Assembly: GCF_963545075.1 (NCBI RefSeq)
Contig: NZ_CAUUHX010000002.1
Coordinates: forward strand, 954 to 64,953
From: an uncultured Granulicatella sp.
Lineage (GTDB): Bacteria; Bacillota; Bacilli; Lactobacillales; Aerococcaceae
Direction: 5' to 3'
DNA length: 64,000 bases
The position numbers and the translations under genes are program-made. The number at the start of each line of letters is the position of its first letter. Within the stretch, counting starts at the first letter, position 1. Shown here one piece after another: positions 9,496 to 18,058 of this stretch. Under the pieces are notes generated by a model that searched no databases, had not been told where the DNA came from, and was given only the letters and a program-made list of their open reading frames with translations.

Positions 9496-10521
9496 CTATT
9501 CCATTGCTCTTACTTTCTCTTCAATAAAGGTAATCTCATTTTTATCTAAACCATATTTTTTATACAATTGTTGGTCTATTTCAGAAATACTTTTAGACCA
9601 ATCAATATCAGAATTTTCTGTAAAATCTTGAATGGGAACATATTTCCATTTAGAAGCGGGATTATCCTGAGTTATTTTTAATACACCTAACATAGTTCGA
9701 GCAAATTTAGTTTTTATATACTTCATAGTATTAATTGCATGTAATTCACTTGTATATTTACCAATTGAAATAAATGTTTGTGTAAAACCGATTAGGGGTT
9801 CCCCTATTAGGGGTGTTGATAAAACTTCACCAATTGCACCAGAACCGTTTGCTTTTGGTAAAATAACTTTAAATTTATCATGAACTTCTGGTTCATTTAT
9901 ATAATCTTTTCTAATCCAATGTTTTACTCTATTCCCCTTAAATCTTCCTAAAACTAAACAATATTCAAAATTATCATTAGGTTTTTCTTCAAAAAAAAGA
10001 ATATTATTTAGAGATTCCAAAACACCTGTACCTACATCATTAGGATGACTTTTAGATAGAATATTTCTTACATTTGGATTTTCATTATGCATTTTTGATG
10101 TAAAACGATAAATACCTTGACCGGTAATTATTGAATCAAGTGTTTCTTTAGTTTTTAACATTACTTTATTAATTATTGAATTTAATTCCCTATATACAGT
10201 AAATATACCAATTTTGTTAAATTCTTTGGTAATATCTCTATATACTATTGCAACTCCACCTTTAATATCAGTGTTTGGAAAAACTAAAGAAGAATTTTGT
10301 TCATAATATGTTACTTTTAAGTGAGAATCATTTAACATTTTTTCATTCCATTTTTTATCAGTACTACCTGCATTAAATAAAAATCTACCTGGTGATATTA
10401 GTATATAAATTGGAGAAATAGTTTCTGCTAAATCATAAAAATAATTATAAATTGAATCATCTCTAGTATCAACTTTCGATTCTTGAAACGGTGGATTACC
10501 TACTACAACATCAAATTTCAT
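9496..10521 (-). CDS. C-terminal half of an Eco57I-like gamma-class N6-adenine DNA methyltransferase (catalytic NPPF motif + TRD-like region)
   Basis: 341 aa, starting directly at MKFDVVVGNPPFQ (motif IV). FPNTDIKGGVAIVYRD and the C-terminal IDQQLYKKYGLDKNEITFIEEKV are typical of this MTase family. No AdoMet-binding motif I is present in this ORF. Confidence 0.75.
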   Translation of the reverse strand: MKFDVVVGNPPFQESKVDTRDDSIYNYFYDLAETISPIYILISPGRFLFNAGSTDKKWNEKMLNDSHLKVTYYEQNSSLVFPNTDIKGGVAIVYRDITKEFNKIGIFTVYRELNSIINKVMLKTKETLDSIITGQGIYRFTSKMHNENPNVRNILSKSHPNDVGTGVLESLNNILFFEEKPNDNFEYCLVLGRFKGNRVKHWIRKDYINEPEVHDKFKVILPKANGSGAIGEVLSTPLIGEPLIGFTQTFISIGKYTSELHAINTMKYIKTKFARTMLGVLKITQDNPASKWKYVPIQDFTENSDIDWSKSISEIDQQLYKKYGLDKNEITFIEEKVRAME

Positions 10522-13500
10522 TTTTCTTTCCCTCCAAATAATTCATCACATTTTTCTTCAAAGTTACCCTGTCCCATTGCATAAGGCGTAGTATCTAAAT
10601 GTACTATATGAGAATCATTAAATTGTTTTGCAACTTTATCAAATCCAAAAATAAAGTTTCTTGCTATATTGTATATAATTTCAGTTGGAGCAAAACCATA
10701 TACCTGATTTTCTAAAATATGTTTTATTCTATCATTTTCATTTGGAATTTCAGATTCAAGACCTTTAAATAGTCTTTTTACAATTTCAGTGATATATAAT
10801 CCTGATTTCATATATAAATCTGCAAATGTCTTACTTGAATCCTTAAAAATTGACGGATTTTCTTCTTCTAATTTATCAACCATCATTTTAACTACATTTT
10901 TAGGAGTAAAAATTTGATTTGTTTTTTGTGGTGGAATATAGTCAAAAATATCTTCCTCTTGAGATTCATCGAAGTAATTTGCTAATTCCTCACGTTTTCT
11001 TAAAAATTCTTGTACAGATTCATCAAATACAATCGGATCAAAGAATTGATACGTATCTCTTAAAATACGAAATTGTTCTAATGAAATACCTGTAACATCT
11101 TTGAACACCTCATCCTTAATGGTAACGTCAAATGTACTTAATGTTGTCGTTTCTTCACCATAAGCCATTAAGAACGAAGGAATTGTACGTGTGAATCCTC
11201 TCAATCTTGCACGAATCTCATCTTCAACTGTATCTTTTTTCTTTTCTTCTGCACGTTGAATTATTTGTTGAGTCGTTTGTTGTGGAATTTCTTTTGTTTT
11301 TTCTTCCACAGTCTGTTTCACAGTTTCTTTGAACTGTTCATTAGCTTCTTGACGTTTTACTTCGTACGATTGAATAATTTCTTCAATTTTCTCTGGTTGA
11401 TGGGCAAACTTTTTCTTTTCTTGATTCATTTCTGCAATTAATTCATTTTGCTTAATACGATGATTTTCTTCAATAACACGTACTTCTTGTGCAATTTCAA
11501 AAGCTTGTTTTTTAACAATTTGTTCTGCAACTTTTGCACTTAAACCAACTTCTTGAGCAATTGTTTTTGCAGCTTCTTGTGTGGTTTCTTGAATGGTGTT
11601 TTCAATTACTTTTGATAATTCAGATGTTGTTTTGTTTTTTGTCACTTCATCATTAGTAGATGTTAAGTCGTCTAATGATTCAACGATATCAGTATAAACT
11701 TTCGTACCAAAGTGCGCATTTGTTTTTGCAATTACAATTTCTGTATCAGCAACTGCATTTCCCTCTTCGTCTACTTGAACATTTTTTAGATTAATCTCAG
11801 ACTTCTTATGATTTGGCATACTTTCGCCTTTTCCAGATGGATTCATTTGCTCAAGGATTTCTCTTGCTGCTGGTGAAGTAAAGATACCAGAAATATTTTG
11901 GAATAATAAGTTAGACATAAATCCACGCTTAACAACTTCTTTTGCTTTTATAGATTTTGGAATTGTTAATACTTTATCAACATCTAATGGAATCATTTTA
12001 CCATCAGTATCTTCAGCGATAACTGGGAAGAAGTTAAGAAGTTCTCGAATATTCTCTCTTCGTTCTTCTGTCGTTCCATTTCCATTTGCAGTACTAATCG
12101 CAAGATTATTCGCAAATTCATCATAAATCATTAATGTACGTTCTGGAGCAAAATCAAACACATAGGCATTCTCTTTTCTACGAACTTCTCCATTTACTTC
12201 ATATTCCCATGGATTTTGAGCACGAAAAGCTGCTTGCATATAAAGACTTGAAGATTGCATATTGGACAACATTAATACTGCCGTCCATTCTGGAATCGTA
12301 ACGCCTGTTGTTAATTGTCCTACAGATAATGTAATAGTTTTATCATGAATTTCAATCGCTTTTTTCACACGATTAAATGATTTCTCATTCTTTTTATCTT
12401 CATCATCAAATGATTTACCATCCCCTGCAGCAAGTACTACCTCATATTGTTCAAATACAGGGTGATTATTTAAGAGTTTCTTCAATGCTCTTACACTATC
12501 TACTCGATTCAATAACCAAAATGTATGTTTTAATTCTTGTCTTAACTCTTTTGTCGAAAAAGGATATTTCTCATTACGAGCTAGAGTGTCTAACCATTTT
12601 AGAATATCTTTTTCATGAACAAACTTTCCGGTTTCATTCGTTTCAAAAAATTCATTTAAATCAAAAGCATAATCAATATTTGTACCATCTAATTGAGCTC
12701 CTTGATTTACTTCATCCGTTATCATTGCACTCATTTGATAAGAGAACATATTTAATTTTGGTAACTTAATATAAGGATTGTTTTGTTCTAATCCAGAATC
12801 CCATTCAGTTTTTGCTTTTTGTTCATCTGAATATGTCCAATTATAAATTTGTTCTTCACTAAATTGTCCTGAACCAAGTTGTTTGAATGGTGTTCCTGAT
12901 AAATGAAGCGTATGATTTCTTTGAATATTTCTAAACGCCACATCTGTTTTTAATGTATCTACACCTTCATGTGCTTCATCAATTACTAGTAAATCCCACT
13001 TAGTATCTTTTACCCATTTTAATTTTGAATATCCTCCACCAAAATGAATTGATCCTTTTAGATCTTGAAGTGAAATAAATGATATAAGTTTAGCTTTCTC
13101 ATCTTTTTTTGCTATATCAATAAATTCATCATGACTTAATGTTTTTCGATCCTTTAATGATTCTGATGTTGATACAAATAGAAAATCAGATTGCCAAGAA
13201 ATAAATTTTTCAAAATCATCAAACCATGAATTCGCAATAGCTGGACGATTGGTTACAATTAATATACTACTAAATTCCATTTGTCTAATTAAATCATAAG
13301 TGGTCAAAGTTTTTCCAAAACGTGGTTTTGCATTCCATAAAAACTCTGATTTTGAATTCTCTTTAAAATAATTAATTGTTTTTTCTACTGCATCTTTTTG
13401 TTCCTTACGTAACTCATAATCAGTTGTATCTTTTTCTTGATTGTAATCATGATTTCTAAAATCATTAAAATCCATATATGCTTTTTCTGGAGTACCATTA

Positions 13501-13805
13501 TAATAAAACCATTCTGAATTTGGTTCTCTTTTAACTTCTTTAAATTTCGTTAAATAAGCATGTAGTTGATGATCTGTAAAGTATTTATTTTCTTGAGAAA
13601 ACTTAGCAGGTTCTGCCCATAATTTTTCATACTGTAGTCTTATAGCTGCAGTATGAACTTGTTCTTTAATTCTCTCATCAACATCTTGTCTAGTCGTATA
13701 ACCAATTTTAATCCAACCATCTTTTTCAGGAATAGTTGGTAATGTATATGCATAAATTTGAGGATAAATTTCTTTGGTTGTTTGTATTTTAGTGTTATCA
13801 ATCAT
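10518..13805 (-). CDS. Fusion protein: T5orf172/GIY-YIG-like domain + SF2 (ResIII/SNF2-like) helicase + charged linker + N-terminal lobe of an N6A methyltransferase
   Basis: 1095 aa. T5orf172-like: IYAYTLP..GWIKIGYTTRQDVDERIKEQ..NSEWFYY. Helicase motifs: AKPRFGKT, LLVIDEAHEG, LHLSGTPF, QAAFRAQNPW. K/E/Q-rich region at about residues 700-880. MTase N-lobe: IFTPKNVVKMMVDKL, FADLYMKSGLYITEIV, VYGFAPTEIIYNIAR. Confidence 0.7.
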   Translation of the reverse strand: MIDNTKIQTTKEIYPQIYAYTLPTIPEKDGWIKIGYTTRQDVDERIKEQVHTAAIRLQYEKLWAEPAKFSQENKYFTDHQLHAYLTKFKEVKREPNSEWFYYNGTPEKAYMDFNDFRNHDYNQEKDTTDYELRKEQKDAVEKTINYFKENSKSEFLWNAKPRFGKTLTTYDLIRQMEFSSILIVTNRPAIANSWFDDFEKFISWQSDFLFVSTSESLKDRKTLSHDEFIDIAKKDEKAKLISFISLQDLKGSIHFGGGYSKLKWVKDTKWDLLVIDEAHEGVDTLKTDVAFRNIQRNHTLHLSGTPFKQLGSGQFSEEQIYNWTYSDEQKAKTEWDSGLEQNNPYIKLPKLNMFSYQMSAMITDEVNQGAQLDGTNIDYAFDLNEFFETNETGKFVHEKDILKWLDTLARNEKYPFSTKELRQELKHTFWLLNRVDSVRALKKLLNNHPVFEQYEVVLAAGDGKSFDDEDKKNEKSFNRVKKAIEIHDKTITLSVGQLTTGVTIPEWTAVLMLSNMQSSSLYMQAAFRAQNPWEYEVNGEVRRKENAYVFDFAPERTLMIYDEFANNLAISTANGNGTTEERRENIRELLNFFPVIAEDTDGKMIPLDVDKVLTIPKSIKAKEVVKRGFMSNLLFQNISGIFTSPAAREILEQMNPSGKGESMPNHKKSEINLKNVQVDEEGNAVADTEIVIAKTNAHFGTKVYTDIVESLDDLTSTNDEVTKNKTTSELSKVIENTIQETTQEAAKTIAQEVGLSAKVAEQIVKKQAFEIAQEVRVIEENHRIKQNELIAEMNQEKKKFAHQPEKIEEIIQSYEVKRQEANEQFKETVKQTVEEKTKEIPQQTTQQIIQRAEEKKKDTVEDEIRARLRGFTRTIPSFLMAYGEETTTLSTFDVTIKDEVFKDVTGISLEQFRILRDTYQFFDPIVFDESVQEFLRKREELANYFDESQEEDIFDYIPPQKTNQIFTPKNVVKMMVDKLEEENPSIFKDSSKTFADLYMKSGLYITEIVKRLFKGLESEIPNENDRIKHILENQVYGFAPTEIIYNIARNFIFGFDKVAKQFNDSHIVHLDTTPYAMGQGNFEEKCDELFGGKEK

Positions 13806-14713
13806 TATTTTAACCCCTTGTCAAAGTATTCCATTTTATTTGTTTCCCAATTCATGATTTTTACACGTTTACCAGGAATTACTTCAAATTCTCCACTTAT
13901 TTCATCATCAAATAATGATAGTTGATAATTCTCAATTCGTTCAATTCTTTCAGATAGAGGAATAATATATTTTAATCCATCCATTTGAAAAACATTATAA
14001 CTAATAATATTTGCAATTCGTAAAAATAGACTTAGTAAAGGTTCTTCATTCCACTTATCTACGTAATAATCTCGATAAGTGTATAACAAGTTTTCTCTAG
14101 CTAATAATAAAGAATCTCCACTCCACTCAAACCCATAACTAGATTGAAAAGCTAACTCGACAAGTCTTTGCCACTCCGCTTTATCTGAAACTTCTTTATT
14201 AATCCTTCTTAATTTTCTATCAACAAAACCTACTCTATCTTCCAGTGGAATTAGTTCTCCAGTTTCCATTTCATAACGAGATACCATATAAGGAGCTTCA
14301 CCACAAGTAATTTCTAACCATTTTCTTGAAACGTATTTTTCTAAAGAATCATCCGTATAGTTTTCATCCACTGCATCATTTTGCTTTTTTACAATCCAAC
14401 TTGGAGTAAAAACTTCAGCTTTAGACTTTGTACGTTCTTTCTTTAAATCATTTGATTTTAGTGCTCTAGGTTTAATCAAATCATCCATAGTTCCTGTAAT
14501 TAAATCAGCAGTAATTTGTGCTGTTGGTGCATATTGTTTGAAACCATATTTTTGATAGTTGTCATTTGCCCATATGATATTGTTTATTTTTTTAGGAGTT
14601 GAAGTTGTTCTATCGATTAATAGAATATCTAGAATTTCAGGCATAGAATTTCTAATATTTTCTTCAGAAATATCTATCATAAAATCTAACTTTTTTTCAT
14701 CCAAAATGTTCAC
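13805..14713 (-). CDS. MTase-fold-like protein without a canonical (D/N)PP(Y/F) motif; function unknown
   Basis: 302 aa. AEVFTPSWIVKKQND (motif X-like), EITCGEAPYMVSRY at the motif I position and SYGFEWSGDSLLLAREN. NVFQMDG sits where NPPY would be expected. 1-nt TAATG overlap with the next ORF. Confidence 0.45.
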   Translation of the reverse strand: MNILDEKKLDFMIDISEENIRNSMPEILDILLIDRTTSTPKKINNIIWANDNYQKYGFKQYAPTAQITADLITGTMDDLIKPRALKSNDLKKERTKSKAEVFTPSWIVKKQNDAVDENYTDDSLEKYVSRKWLEITCGEAPYMVSRYEMETGELIPLEDRVGFVDRKLRRINKEVSDKAEWQRLVELAFQSSYGFEWSGDSLLLARENLLYTYRDYYVDKWNEEPLLSLFLRIANIISYNVFQMDGLKYIIPLSERIERIENYQLSLFDDEISGEFEVIPGKRVKIMNWETNKMEYFDKGLK

Positions 14714-14795
14714 TCCTTCTTAGGTTTACTCATAGTTATTATAGCATATTTAACAGAATAAGTTATGGGTGGAATGTATATCAAAATAGATTTAC

Positions 14796-14833
14796 AAAAA
14801 AATCAGTTAAAGCAATCTATAACTTTAACTGAT
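14796..14833 (-). terminator. Terminator separating SIR2-HerA from the helicase/MTase cassette
   Basis: Minus strand: ATCAGTTAAAG-N10-CTTTAACTGAT followed by T7. Confidence 0.65.
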
Positions 14834-15046
14834 TTTGGAAATTTGATTCAAAGATGAATTGTAAAATGAAGTACAATAAAAACATAACTATCTGATACAC
14901 TTAAATAGACTTAATCAAAGTCGATTTTAAGTGACATAACCTTTTATTATTTGTAACATTTAAGATTGTCAATTCACATAATAAAATTATATCATAGAGA
15001 TTTCTTTTTAAACCAATATTTATAAAAAATACTAAAATTCTATTAT

Positions 15047-16903
15047 TCAATCTGTTACTTGAGTATCATTTGCCCAAATATCTGTTAAAACAACATCATC
15101 ACTAGTTGGTCTAATTTTTTTCTCTCTATCAATTTTAACAAATACTGGAACCATCATAGATTGTCCTGTAATAATAGTTTCCCCTTTTCCTAGACTAGAT
15201 ATCATCTGATATGAATTTCTATCTAAAGTTGGCATAGCATTTTCAAGCATTCTCAAGTCTTTTTCATTTACAATTCGATGAATCAGATAGTTATGAATCT
15301 GAGACATTATTGTTGGAGAAATATCGGAGGGACGTTGACTTGATAGAGTTAGATAAAAACCAAATTTTCGTCCTTCTTTAATAATTTCCTCGAAAATTGA
15401 CAAACGATAATCTTGCCAATCATCTCCAATATTACTATAAACAGAATTCAGGATATTGTGTGCTTCGTCAATAATGAGATGCTTAGTTTTAGTCACATTT
15501 TTACCTGCTACACTTGATTTATGTTCATCATAAATCATTTTTGAAAGTAACATTGGTATTAAACGTCTAATTTCTTGGTTAGAATGAACAAGTGATATAA
15601 TATTAAATGTTTTATAGTAAGATGAAATATCTGGAACCACTTCTACTACTTTACTTAAACTATTTAATGATGTATTTATTCTATTAAATAATGGTATTAT
15701 ATGCTCACGATTAACCTTATCCCATGCTGTTCGATGCTCTTTATTAAAATCCAAAAACATTTCAAGTCTATCAATAGGACTTTCGACATGATTATATGCT
15801 TCATTTAAACCAGTACTAATTTCAGATAATTTTATTTCCTCCAATAATTCATTGACAACAGCTCCGGTTGCACCTACATTAAAAAAATTTCCTTTAGCTG
15901 TAAAATAACATTGATTTTTTGAATGGTATTGTATTTTCTCAATTTCCGAAAATACTTCATAACTACCTTTAAAATATTTTTTTGAAGTCTCTATCCAACT
16001 CTCTAAACTACTTTGATTAGTAGAGTTTCCTGTTGTTAAAATCTTCTTTAGTGTTCCAGTCACAAACTCTCCGAAATTAAAATTAAGTTTTTTGGATTTT
16101 TCCATGTATAATTTTAAAGCTTGTCTCAAAAAAGGTACTTGAGTAGCAGGTCTAGCATCAAAAAGTATTGATAAAATATCAGAATTAAATAGATATTCTT
16201 CTTTGATTGGTAATTTGATACCTTTATTATTTCTTGTGTCTATTTCGATAATTAACTTATTTTCATTCTGAAGTCCGAACATTTCACCTCCAGTATATTC
16301 ACCATTAAAATCAATAAGGAAAAATTGAGATTTTTTTAAAATTGAATATTTAAATTCACTCTTAAATAGTTCTAAATACAATTTATGTAATGTATTCGAC
16401 TTACCACTCCCAGTATTCCCAAAGATTCCGATATGAGAAGCAAAAAAATTATTTATTGGGATTCGAAGATGCTCTCCTTCAATAATTGATTTTCCAATGT
16501 AGATTGAATTTGATTCGGAATCAACCCCATAAATTATTTTTAATTCTTCTTTTGTAGTTAATGTTATTTCATTTCCTATCATTGGACAATATTTACTTGT
16601 TAATGTAAATTTATTTCCTTCTATAACTCCTTTTGTCTTTAATGTTAAAATTCTTTTTACTGTTCCCTTGCTAAATCTATTATCAAAAACTTCACTTTTA
16701 ACATTATTTTGAGTATCAATTATTTTTTCACTAGTTACTGAAGCGATAATCTTTATATCATTCTGGTTAATAGTTAAATACGCACCCACTCTTGGTCCTG
16801 TTAAAATTTCACCCCTCCAGATATACTCAACATCATTGATTAAACTATACATACCAACTTGTGATGAATCTCCATCAACAGCAAATTTTTTTTGAAATTT
16901 CAA
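15047..16903 (-). CDS. herA: HerA-like (DUF87) ATPase of a SIR2-HerA defence pair
   Basis: 618 aa. Walker A GNTGSGKSNT, Walker B HLIIDEAHNIL, and the LTLSSQRPSDISPTIMSQIHNYLIHRI arginine-finger region. The ORF-track start is TTG, overlapping the SIR2 stop (TTGA), so the exact start is uncertain. Confidence 0.8.
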   Translation of the reverse strand: MKFQKKFAVDGDSSQVGMYSLINDVEYIWRGEILTGPRVGAYLTINQNDIKIIASVTSEKIIDTQNNVKSEVFDNRFSKGTVKRILTLKTKGVIEGNKFTLTSKYCPMIGNEITLTTKEELKIIYGVDSESNSIYIGKSIIEGEHLRIPINNFFASHIGIFGNTGSGKSNTLHKLYLELFKSEFKYSILKKSQFFLIDFNGEYTGGEMFGLQNENKLIIEIDTRNNKGIKLPIKEEYLFNSDILSILFDARPATQVPFLRQALKLYMEKSKKLNFNFGEFVTGTLKKILTTGNSTNQSSLESWIETSKKYFKGSYEVFSEIEKIQYHSKNQCYFTAKGNFFNVGATGAVVNELLEEIKLSEISTGLNEAYNHVESPIDRLEMFLDFNKEHRTAWDKVNREHIIPLFNRINTSLNSLSKVVEVVPDISSYYKTFNIISLVHSNQEIRRLIPMLLSKMIYDEHKSSVAGKNVTKTKHLIIDEAHNILNSVYSNIGDDWQDYRLSIFEEIIKEGRKFGFYLTLSSQRPSDISPTIMSQIHNYLIHRIVNEKDLRMLENAMPTLDRNSYQMISSLGKGETIITGQSMMVPVFVKIDREKKIRPTSDDVVLTDIWANDTQVTD

Positions 16904-17889
16904 TCATTAAAATCAGCCTCATTTTCTTCGATATTTAGTAGAGTTGTTAAATTTTTTATTGTAAAATATGGAACAGAATTAGTATCTAATGAAAAAATTT
17001 CTTTTCCAAAATCTTTAGGAATTAAAATTTTACAATTTAAATTTTCGGAAATATTCTTCAAATTACCCATAATTCTCTCTTTATCCTCGGTATTATAGGC
17101 AAAAATATATATCATTAACTCAGGATTCAAACATGCTCTTCGTATCATTTTAGCAATATGACTATCTTGAAATGAAAATCCAATAACAAATAAAACAGAT
17201 TGAGGTTTATCAAGTTCCAATTGAAATACTCTTAACATCTCATGAAAATGATCATTTAAAAAAGTTTCTTGTTGTTCATATCCGGTAGGGGGTACAACAA
17301 CTGGATTATCTAAAACAAAATTATTTACTTTAATAAAATTCGAATTTTTAAATTCAATTTTTTCCCAATTTACAGATCCATGGGGCTTAATTAACAAAAT
17401 ACAAGGGATTTCATTGATATAATTATCATTTAATCCTTTATAGGAAGCAGTGCTATTATAATTTGAACTATCTAATATACGATTAAAATATCCTCGACTT
17501 CCGTCATTAAAAATGAAATAGTTTTTTTGTTGTTGAATATCTATCGCTTTTTCAATAAATAAGTCATAGTTTGTTGTAAATATATTTATATTTTTTGGAG
17601 TTTGACGTGAATTTGAATAATTTAGTAATTGTATAATACTCAATATAAAACGTTCATAATTTTGAATGGTTTCTAAGATATCAGTATCTTTTTGTATTGC
17701 TTCCTCACCATTTAAAATTATATTACTCTTTTCTTTAACTCTCTTCAGTAATGCATCATTCCTATTTTCTTCACTATAATCACTCATTAATGAAATAGCT
17801 GGTAATGAAGCTCCCGATCCAATTAAAAAATTAAGTTGTTTAGTAATTGCTAATTTACGAATAGTTTTTACTATATCTTTTTCACCCAT
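16900..17889 (-). CDS. SIR2-family NADase-like protein (SIR2-HerA defence pair)
   Basis: 329 aa. FLIGSGASLPAI (GxGxS NAD pocket), TTNYD and KPHGSVNW, typical of SIR2_2 defence proteins. Coupled to herA. Confidence 0.8.
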   Translation of the reverse strand: MGEKDIVKTIRKLAITKQLNFLIGSGASLPAISLMSDYSEENRNDALLKRVKEKSNIILNGEEAIQKDTDILETIQNYERFILSIIQLLNYSNSRQTPKNINIFTTNYDLFIEKAIDIQQQKNYFIFNDGSRGYFNRILDSSNYNSTASYKGLNDNYINEIPCILLIKPHGSVNWEKIEFKNSNFIKVNNFVLDNPVVVPPTGYEQQETFLNDHFHEMLRVFQLELDKPQSVLFVIGFSFQDSHIAKMIRRACLNPELMIYIFAYNTEDKERIMGNLKNISENLNCKILIPKDFGKEIFSLDTNSVPYFTIKNLTTLLNIEENEADFND

Positions 17890-17955
17890 ATGTCACCTAC
17901 TTAAATTTTATATTTTTACACAAACATCATAAGTTATATTGTTTTATTTTTCAAC

Positions 17956-17979
17956 AAAAACACAATATATTGTGTTTTT
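17956..17979. promoter_or_regulatory. Perfect 24-bp palindrome AAAAACACAATATATTGTGTTTTT upstream of SIR2
   Basis: Lies 67-90 nt upstream of the SIR2 start. It could be an operator or a bidirectional terminator. Confidence 0.4.
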
Positions 17980-18033
17980 GAAAACTAATTATCTATTATA
18001 ATAAATAATCAACTAATCAATCCAATTTTCACA

Positions 18034-18055
18034 TAAAAAAACGGCTTACGCCGTT
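18034..18055 (-). terminator. Terminator after the PD-(D/E)xK nuclease gene
   Basis: Minus strand: AACGGC-GTAA-GCCGTT followed by T7, immediately after the stop at 18059. Confidence 0.75.
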
Positions 18056-18058
18056 CCT

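Noticed and set aside
11256-12769. Plus-strand ORFs (61 aa, 130 aa) inside the helicase-MTase gene
   Set aside because: They are antisense to a 1095-aa ORF that has clear motifs. Their Leu/Phe/His-rich translations are typical of AT-rich antisense frames.
16886-16893. A8 tract at codons 4-7 of herA (and A8 at 9991-9998 in the MTase/TRD gene) as phase-variation switches
   Set aside because: Runs of 8 A/T are expected frequently in sequence of about 25% GC. There is no longer tract or tandem repeat, and no evidence of length heterogeneity is available from a single sequence.
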